From Camelus ferus (lineage: Eukaryota), in NCBI RefSeq assembly GCF_009834535.1, contig NC_045697.1, forward strand, positions 97,528,001 to 97,592,000: a stretch of DNA of 64,000 nt, given 5' to 3'. The first letter of the stretch is position 1; every line of letters starts with the position of its first letter. Of the stretch, positions 55,046 to 64,000 are shown in pieces. Below the pieces are notes generated by a model. It saw nothing but the letters and a program-made list of their open reading frames with translations, searched no databases and was not told where the DNA came from. Both the position numbers and the translations under genes were made by a program.

Positions 55046-55120
55046 TAAAATCTCTCAGACATAGAGAGATATTTTGAATACTAAACAAGTACTCTATGTC
55101 TGTACCTACACATATATCTA

Positions 55121-55182
55121 TATCTGTAAATATATAGATATATTTATATCTGTATCTGTAAATATATAGATATATTTATATC
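55121..55182. repeat. Tandem duplication, 30-bp unit at 32-bp period, in a TA-rich tract
   Basis: tatctgtaaatatatagatatatttatatc at 55121-55150 and 55153-55182, identical. Confidence 0.9.
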
Positions 55183-56239
55183 CATAAATATCTATCTACC
55201 TACCTATCTCCTTTGCACTGTAAAAGATCTTATAAAAGGAAGTGTCATTATTAGGTAAAAATCTCACTCATTAAACATGGTATCACTGGCAGTTTTAGTG
55301 TTACAAAGAATGTTCAAAACTAGACAGAAACCACTATGTAAATAATTGAGGGAAAAAGTGGGCAATGGGATCCTGAATAGAACTTTAATAGTGAAGCCCT
55401 ATGCATATACATATCATCCCTGAAGATCACTATAGTTGGAAATGAGAGAGGATAAGAAGATAGCTGTAGGAATGCCGTTGGCATTAAGTTTGGAGACCAG
55501 TAGTAATTTAATGCAAAAGCATGAAGAGAGATAGCTTGCATTATTAGAGCAAAAATACCAAGCAAAGTGAATACAACTTTGAAGTATAAATTGGCAACTT
55601 GAACAATTCCTACCAATATGATAGTAGGCCAGTTTTATTTCACTCACAAAAAAAATGATGATGGAAAGAGAATGGAAGAAAAGATAGAGTGACAGGATTT
55701 TTAAAGCTGGACAAAAAAATATAGCAAAGACCTTAAAGGACTGGAAAAAACTAAGTTCTAATAGTGGGGAAAACCAAGAGTTAATCTGATGAACAATTCA
55801 GAATTTCCAAAAGGCTCAAAAATTCGTAGCACCATCACTTTGGGATGGTATGAAGAGAAGGGAGAGCTACAATAAAAGATAAGGGTGAAAGTCTGTGTGA
55901 TGTTAAACTGCTTTCTCAGGGACACTTGCAGTAGCAACTGTTCTTCATAAGTCAGTGTAATCTCACAAGGATTGCCAAGAATGTGAATGTTGGAGCCCCA
56001 AATAAGCAAATAAGTGAATAGAATTTGGGGAAAAAAAGATGAGGCTGAAAGATTAAAACTTGAGAAGAGAAAGAGTATACTGAGCGATAAGAGAACATAT
56101 TGAAAGCAATAGAAAAACTAGGATATTATATTTTTAGAAAGAGGGGGCAGTTCTTGGAAATTAAAACTAGAAAAGGAACTTTCAGATCTTAAATTGCACC
56201 ACTGCATTCCCCTAGTAAACTTCTCAAAAATAACGCTTT

Positions 56240-57760
56240 CACACTCTACCTTCTCTCTTCAGGCCTCTCATGCCTTCTCTTCTCCTCTCTCAGCTCCTGA
56301 CCTGACCTCCTATTTCCATGGAGAAAATAGAAACAAATGATTGTTTACTCAGTTTCCTACTACCAAATCTGCAACCTACCTCTGCTCCCACACCCTCTGC
56401 TTCTCTCTTCGCACAATATTTAATGTGATCCTTCCCCATCAGCAGCCAATCCCTCACTGACTTCCTGGATCTCACCTTCTCTTGCCTACTCCAGAGTCCT
56501 TCTCTGGTAGCTCTCCTCTATCTGTTGTACCATCAGCTTCTCCTTCTATACTGGATCTGCCCTCCCAGTGTGCAGATATGCCTCCACATCTGTCATCTTC
56601 AAAAGTGATAACTCTTTGATCTCCCATCTTTCTCCACCTACCACCCCATGCCTTACCTCTTCTTCTGGATCAAAGTGTCTGTGGTGACTGCCTCTGCAAC
56701 CTTACTTCCTCAGCCAAATGTCTAAATCTCACTCCACTATTGAAAACTACTCTTGTTGAAGTCACCAGGGACCTCTTTGTTGCCAAACCAGTGGTTTCCT
56801 TCTATCTTCATCCTACTATCCTTAACAGTTCAACTCAGCTGACCGTGCTTTCCTTTCTAAACACTTTCTTGGTCTAGAGTTCATGATCACTCATAATTCG
56901 TTCTCTTCTTACCCCTCAGGCTCAATCTTCTTTGTTATTCTTATTCCTCTCTTGATTTCTTGATGTTAACGTGTCCCAAGGGCTTGGTCCTAGGACCTCT
57001 TGACTTTTCTTTCTACATCTCTAGAAATATCATCCAGTTTCAGGCAGTAAACATCACCTAGATCCCAAATGAACCCTACTTTTGTTTTGTTTTAGTCCTG
57101 ATCTCCATCTTGGGTTTCCCACTCATATAACATAGTGCTTACTCAACATAGCACCATGATTTCTAGAGAAGACTTGCAGCAATGGTACATATCAAATGTG
57201 TATACTGAATCATATCTGTAATGATTAGAAAAGTGATTCTTCTTATTAGTGGGTTCCTATAAGAATGTCACCTTTTAATTATTTTAATATCATTCCTGAC
57301 ATTGCAATTTTAATGTGTCCAAAGCCAAACTCTTTGCCTTCAAAACCATTTCTCCTCTAGTCTCTGCAACTCAGTGAAATCACATCACCACAACCCAGTT
57401 GCTCAATTCAAAAATCTGCTCATCCCCATGACTTTTTTTTACCCTTCTTTCCCTACTGTCACTTACACATAGTATATCACCAAGTCCTATTGACTCTACT
57501 TCCAAAATGTATACTTAATCCATCAATTTCTTCCCACCTCCCTTATTGTCACCCCAGTTTCCATCACTACCATCTCTCACCTGGCCTAATGCAACAGTGT
57601 CTCCCAAATCCTTCTCATTGCACTTAGAATTAAAATCTAAATCTCTTACTGCAACTTAAAATCTCAACATGATCCAGGGCCTTCCCTCCTCTGACTTCAT
57701 TCCATACCCCTCTCTCTTCTCTCCTATATTCACTCCCTCCCGACATAATGGCTGCATTTG
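56240..57760 (+). mobile_element. L2 LINE, long degenerate segment
   Basis: ctatttccatggagaaaatagaaacaa; ctcttgttgaagtcaccagggacctctttgttgccaaa; cacccagtt...catctctcacctggcctaatgcaacag. Confidence 0.8.
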
Positions 57761-57849
57761 AAGTGTTTCAGTCTGAGCAAGTCTGAATTTTTCCTTAAAA
57801 GCAACTTGATGTATTTTGTTATTATCTTTGCTGTTTGTTGCCTGAAACT

Positions 57850-58450
57850 TAGAGGAGTGATTGTCTTTGAAGTCTCATAAAATTAGGACATCCCCTGGAG
57901 TTGACAAATCCATATTGATTTTATCTGAAATGTACCACACCCTTTCAATCTGTGGATTACGCCCTGGATTTCAGGCAAGCGCTCTTCAATTACATCTCTG
58001 GATACTTTACTTCTACATTTCTTTTCCCTCTTCTACAGGGTAACAAACTATGCATACCCTGTTTCTCCTTTGGCTTCCATATCAGTAACTTTCTCTTTAA
58101 GTCCTTTTAAAAAATATTTGTGTTGTCTATTTTTCAGATATACTCTGTCTGTTGCTGCTCTGTTTTCATCCATATCCTTTTTCCTTCTTTCTGTACTCAG
58201 TATGACCTCACAGTTTGTGATAACTTACTTTTTTCTCATCTTTCTTGAGCACCACCAACTAATTTTTCATCATCTTTTGTTGTCTTATTTCATCCTTAAA
58301 CCTATGTCTCTACCATAAGTCCCTGATTCACAGAGGCTGTGTATATCTTCCATTTACTTGAACCCACAGACAACTGCATGCATGGTTTTCCTCTGATCTG
58401 CAGCAACATTATTCTACTGTGAGTTCTGCATCTTCTTTTTGTTTACCGTA
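57850..58450 (-). mobile_element. Ancient L1M/HAL1 ORF1 fragment
   Basis: ccctttcaatctgtggatt...tttcaggcaag...cttctacaggg...tatgcata resembles old L1/HAL1 ORF1 antisense. Confidence 0.5.
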
Positions 58451-59454
58451 TATCTTCCTTCCTTCCCTCTCACTTCCCTTCCTCCCCACCTCCCTGCCTC
58501 TCTGTGTGTGGCTTGGAATTTAACCATCTTCTGTTTGCAAAGACCTGGAATGGCCAGTAGCTTCCTTTCATAGCCCCTTTCCCTATTTTGGCTCAGGCAA
58601 TTCAGTAACTCCTGCAGCTGGTACACTACCCCAACCTTATTTCAGACAAGGGGTCCTGGAATTAGCTCACACAATCTGGACATCAATGTACAGCACATGC
58701 TCTGCGAGTGCAGTCTTTACTCAGCCCACCAGGCATCGTCTCTTGGGTCTACCTTCCCCAAATCACCTCCTTGATGCACGTTGTATATTGTCTGTCAGCT
58801 CCTCGCATCCCAATCCTCTGTCAAGTCCATACTTCCCACATCTGTCAGGCCTGCATATCTCATGTCATATCCTAGATTAGCTGGCCTGAGGTGTCAGATC
58901 CTCATGTCTCATGTCATATCCTGGATCAGCTGGTATGACATCATCTGTCCAATCCCCACATCCCGTGTAATCTTGAGGATCTGCTTGTCTGACATCCTCC
59001 TGCAGTGGGTGGTCTTTGTCTGTAGCCCATAAGGGTGGCACCCTATCCTGTGATCCAACGGGTGACTGTTCCCATCAGGGAACAACAGGCAGGGACTGGG
59101 AAAAGAGGAGTTCACACACTGCTGGGAACTCTCATGCTCGGAGAAGTGTAATCCAAAGATCCCTGGTGCCCTGACAAATCCATTTTTTGCTGGCAACACC
59201 TTTTCCCTGTGAAATGTAAGCTCCATGCAAACTCCTGCTAAGACCTGCTTGAGATGCTCTGCTGTGACAGTGCTGGACATTTCCTCCCTTACAGGACATG
59301 ACTCTGTCAGGGCCTTGGCCTCTGGTCTCACCTGGAGTGAACATGGTATTGCTCTGACCCCCTCAAGAAGCCATTCTGCTGTGTGGACCTTGGGAGAAGG
59401 TGGGAATGAAAGAGTTAAAGCAATGAAAGCTGCTGGAACAGACAAACACCTATC

Positions 59455-59835
59455 TGTATGATGATCAATAGGAATTCAGTTTCGTATAGATCATATAAGA
59501 TAAAAAATATGAACTTCTGATTGAAGGTGTATCCTTTCCAAAGGCACCTCGGGTACTCAGGTCATTTCCTTCTTGTGGCTTCACTAGTTTCATTATTTGG
59601 CCTCCAAGATCCAAGGTCAAGCTTGTGGAAGGTCAAGGCACAATGGGAGGTTCATGGGTGGTTTTATGTTTATGGGTCAGCCCTGGCAGGACAAGCACCT
59701 CTTCTGATCACCTTTCCTGATCTCAGTCTTATTCCTTGGCCTCACATCACACCTGGAACCTGGTGTGCTTGATCTGGCTATGGGTCCAAAGGTCTTGGAC
59801 GCATGCTTGGTCACAGTAGCCAGTTCCTGCCCACA
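59455..59835 (-). mobile_element. MaLR LTR (MLT1J-like), degenerate
   Basis: ttatgggtcagccctgg...cttctgatcac...tggcctcac...tggtcacagtagccagttcctgcccaca matches the antisense 5' end of old MLT1 LTRs. Confidence 0.55.
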
Positions 59836-60031
59836 AGTGTCCATAAGAATGATGTGGGTCAGGGCAGTGCTGTGTGCATGGTAAGTTTCTGTCGTGTCAG
59901 CAGGATGGGGCTGAGCTGTACTAGGTGGGATCACAGGGTTACTATTCTTTGTGCCCACACAATGCTTAGGGACACCTGCTCATCCCAGCACCATGACTCT
60001 GGCATTACTCTTGGGTAAAGGAATGCAAAGC

Positions 60032-60161
60032 AAAAGAAAGGAAAAGAAAAGAAATGCAAGAGGAGGAAAAGGAGAAAGAAAGGAAGGAGAGAGGGAGGAA
60101 GGTAAAAAACAAAAAAGGAGAAAAAGAAAAAGATAGGGAAGGAGGAGATGGAAGAAAGAGA
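60032..60161 (+). repeat. Purine-rich (A/G) low-complexity tract
   Basis: ~130 nt almost entirely A/G. Confidence 0.85.
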
Positions 60162-60462
60162 ATCTGATATATTTGAATGTATTGAGGGAAGATTTATACT
60201 TATGAAGAAGATTGGAGAATACTTTGTAGAAAACCAAAAAGAATGAGGCAATTATAAACCTCAGGGAAATCAATAGATTTAAAAAAAATAGAAAAAGAAA
60301 TATAGTTAAAATAAACCATTCAATATAGCTGAGACATAAAGTATAATTTGATAATAATAAGTGAAATCATAAGGCAAACATTGACTATTGATTGAACTAA
60401 AAATTATTGCATCTCCATCTGGGAAATGGAGAGGTATTTAGGTGTAGTGGGGAGAGAGGGTG

Positions 60463-60927
60463 TTATAAAGTCTCTCTCCTTGGCCAAGCTTTAGACAGGT
60501 TCCTTGAATCCTGTCTTCCATGAGGCCAACTCCTTGAGCGATGTCTTCAGCCTGCCTAGCCCAGTTCTAGTAAGGGTCCTGTTAAGTGAGTATAGAAAGA
60601 ATTCCTCTCACCCTCGATTGTTGATCACTCTTAATATCTGATCAAATTCCTCATTCCCATTCTTGACATCTGGTCACCCTGGCATGGTCAGTGAAAATCC
60701 TAAGTAAGTTTAGCAAGCACCCCCCCACCCTCATATCTCCTCTCGGTCACTTTCCATCCCCTGACTCCCTTGCTCTGCTCCCTGGCAACAAATCCCCAGA
60801 TGTGTTTGCTGTATTCAGAATTGAGCCTGATCTCTCTTCCCTGTTGTGAGAGTCTTGACACCTGTTGCAATAGTCCTGAATAAAGTCTTCCTTACTATGT
60901 TAACAAGTATCAAAATATTTTTCAACA
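60463..60927 (+). mobile_element. ERV1 solo LTR (MER31-like)
   Basis: aaagtctctctccttggccaagctttag...atatctgatcaaattcctcat...gctgtattcagaattgagcc...gtcctgaataaagtcttccttac...aaca; possible 4-bp TSD ggtg/ggta. Confidence 0.88.
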
Positions 60928-61190
60928 GGTATGTATAAAAGAATAAATCCTAATCTTCCATAGGGCAAGGTAATATGCCTAAAAAAAATTATACCAGCTT
61001 TAGCATGTTACTAGACACAGGGAGGTAAATATGAAATGGAAAAACTAAAGTTTTAAACGGTTGCTTTTGTGGGTGAGGGGATGCGGGGATTACTTTGGGA
61101 AAGGGGAAGGGGTGCTATTGCCTTTTCTTCAACCGTGTAGAAGTACTTTGAACCAGATGCATGTATAACTTTTAGTTTTTCTTTAATGCA
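60928..61190 (+). mobile_element. Old L1M/HAL1 3' fragment, probably continuing the fragment at ~60300-60462
   Basis: ctaatcttccatagg...ggaggtaaata...ggttgctt...atgcatgtataacttt. Confidence 0.45.
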
Positions 61191-62816
61191 CATGATACTG
61201 AATTGAAAAAATTGTATCATGTGTGTTTATACATATACACATAGATATGTTACAATCTATGGATTTTTAATACTTGGATAGATCAAGTCAAAATTCTTTC
61301 TTATATATTGAGTTCTTAATTACTAAATAATTAAGATGAGCTTTAAAGTTGTTCAGTGAGGAGTTAGGACTATTTTCAGAATAGATGTCACAAAAGCTAC
61401 ATGCTTTTCCGCTTGGGCTAGAAGACTGGAAACTGATGAGATGAATTGACCCGACATTTCTAGTCTGATGTCGAAGAGTGGTCCATCTCCTGGGCAACAG
61501 GAAAGACTTTTCAGGGAAGTGATCTCTTCCTCTAAAACCACACAGGAAACCCCAGTTGACACTTCTCATCCTTAGCCCACTGCACTTCGGGCCTTATTTT
61601 CTCTTCTCTTTCATCTTTTCCCTTTCCACCCACCCACAAACACGTAGTAGCAAATTCAATCAGCTGTGTCTAGGAGCTATCCATACTTGAAGCAAATAGC
61701 TGAGATTCATTCAGTCTGAGTTGTTCTTTGTCTCTCAAGGAAAAGAACAGGAAAAAAGGGGGTGAGAGTGGGGAGAATATATGCCAATGAGACAAATGCA
61801 AAAGCTCCCAAATCATCTCCCTGCATGCTTGTTTCCCTTTTCTCGGATGTCTAATTGCAAGCTGTGAATATCCACCATCCCACTGTTTCTCAGAAGTCTA
61901 ATTAGAAGCCAACGTGGCTCTGAATTAGAATAAGTGCAACATTTGCCAATGACGTCTGCATTTCGCAGGTGTCACTGCCAAGTGCCAGTGCTATCCAATA
62001 TTTGCTCACCACTGCCCACGTGGGACCAAACCCACACTTAATAAGACAGAGACTGCATTGTCATGACATATGTGCAATAATATTCCTTGCGTTTAAGCCC
62101 CAGAAGCACGGTTATTTAGCTAACATAGTCTTCTGCTATAATCATAGCAGTTTTTCTTCCAGCAGTAAAAGTCTCACCAACTACAGTTAGGCATTTTCTG
62201 CTTTCCAATTACTTGCTGATGCTATGCCAAGTACAGAGTAATATTTTCATGTATCATTAAACAAATGCAGTTGTGCTCCCCAAACAGGTTTCATTTTGGG
62301 CTAAACTACATCCATTAAAGCTTTCATAAATGGCACACCCTTCAGCTTGTAGCTTCTTTTTCCTCATAAATATTTAAGCTGCACAGATAATACCTCAACT
62401 TCCCAGCAAGTGCTGCATTAGCTGGGCAATCTTTAAAGCATAAAACTTTGTAGCAGGAGAAAACTGGGAAGAGAGAAATAAGCTGTACTCCTATCAGAAA
62501 ATGTAGCAGAATCCTAACATTTCCTTATTTCTAAAAAATAACCTTTTTCTATAAATACAAAAGTAATCATTTGAAAAATATGTATATCAATGACAGCATA
62601 TTTAAGTGTAGTAGGTACTATGGATTTATACTGAAAAATGGGCAATATTCTTTTTTTCTCAACACTTACTAAAAGTGAAAATTAAACCTAAGTCCAGAGA
62701 TGTGAATGTAGTAAATATAAGAGGGAAATAAAAGGATAAGTCTAATGCTGTATTTTTGTCAAGGAAAATTCGTGGTGAGTCAAGGAATGTTCTATACAGT
62801 GGGTGAATTGCCTTGG

Positions 62817-63270
62817 CCCAGTTAATCAGGGATCATTTGATTGCTAAGAACTGAAACCCAGACCAGCTATCATAACTGAAAGGAGATTTATATTAAGAAT
62901 GTAAGGAGCGATCCCAGAACCCAAATGCAGAAAGTCATGGGGCACAACTCCTTCTTCTTCCTCTAAGCTGGAGCCTCAGGCAGCCAGGATCCGCTCACCT
63001 CTCCTTCTGCTCTTTTCAATTCTCTCTAGAAGAACCTTTCTCAGCAAGGTTTCAATTTCCTCATAATTTTAGTTTACCAGAGGATTCGCTTAAACCCTGA
63101 ACCAACACCGACCATGACTTTATATAACCCTATGGTTCCAAGGACATGATCTGAAAGCTACTTTGTGTAACTCAGTTCAAATTCTCTGGAGAAGATGACA
63201 ACGTCAGCTTGCTTCACACGCTCGGTTCAGCTCAGGCACTCAATGCCAGCATGCATTTCTAGGCTTACCT
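62817..63270 (-). mobile_element. Old MaLR LTR (MLT1K/L/N-like), degenerate
   Basis: cagggatcatttgattgctaagaactgaaacccagacc...ggagatttatt is the antisense 3' end typical of old MLT1 LTRs. Confidence 0.45.
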
Positions 63271-64000
63271 TCATCAGAGACCAGAACAATGCAAGGAAAG
63301 CAATGTGAATGAGAAAGATATTCCACAAATGTCTATGAAATAATCTTCAAAAAGATATAAATGAAGGTTGAGATTCTGCAAGAAAAGTGAACCCTTATCA
63401 AAACAATTGTATATTTCACATTGGAATTTATAATTGCACACACATATAATCCTTATGATACTCTTGTAATATATAGAAGATGGTGCCATCCTGATTTAAG
63501 AATAGAATACTGAAGGTCAGAATGGCAGGACAGAGTGGCTTTTAGATTAATAATTTGGATGCAGCCTCCTTAAGTACTCCCAGTGTGCTTATACAGTTGA
63601 AGCACTTCAGCAACTTCAAACCAGGCTCTTATAAAAAAATAAAATAAAATAAAAAAGCAGAGGGGAGCTGTATTGATGTGGATGCCATGAACAAAAAAGT
63701 AGCACTAGCTACTTATCCCCTCATTGTTTTCTCCTGGTCTACGGGAAGAATGCTTTCAAGGAAGATCAGCTATTTCTCAGCTGGTCTGAATGTGGCTTCA
63801 GTTTAGCATGCCCAATAACCATCTATTTAACTGTTAAAGTTGCAAAATAAAAGACACATTATTAATACTTGAGATACATTGAGAGGCATAGTCCTGATTG
63901 TCCTGTGTCAACCAAGTTGTATCACTACCCTCCTTAAGGTGTATGTAGTGTCAATGGCTCTGTCCTTCTGGAATACAACTCAAATTCATGGATCAGTCTT

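Noticed and set aside
1..64000. A novel gene system, CRISPR array or prokaryotic-type locus
   Set aside because: There are no long ORFs, operon structure or regularly spaced repeats with unique spacers. The DNA is CpG-depleted and largely explained by known mammalian repeats.

Overview
This is AT-rich, CpG-depleted mammalian non-coding DNA (intergenic, or the inside of a large intron), most likely from a camelid. The camelid call rests on two copies of a tRNA-derived SINE and on L1 3' UTRs that match camelid types as I recall them; no database search was run. I find no credible host protein-coding gene, RNA gene, CpG island or prokaryotic feature. The recognisable proteins in the ORF track are broken LINE-1 ORF2p pieces, and the other ORFs look like chance frames. 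The window is a layered transposable-element record: ancient L2, MIR and L1M; MaLR, ERVL and ERV1 solo LTRs; hAT MITEs; three lineage-specific 5'-truncated L1 insertions; and two SINEs with target-site duplications (TSDs). The most unusual structure is a composite L1 at 23.8-25.6 kb, with two different 3' UTR/poly(A) ends in tandem inside a single TSD, inserted 8 bp before the end of an ERVL LTR. I do not see a previously undescribed biological system. Subfamily names come from remembered consensus sequences, and the boundaries of old repeats are approximate.
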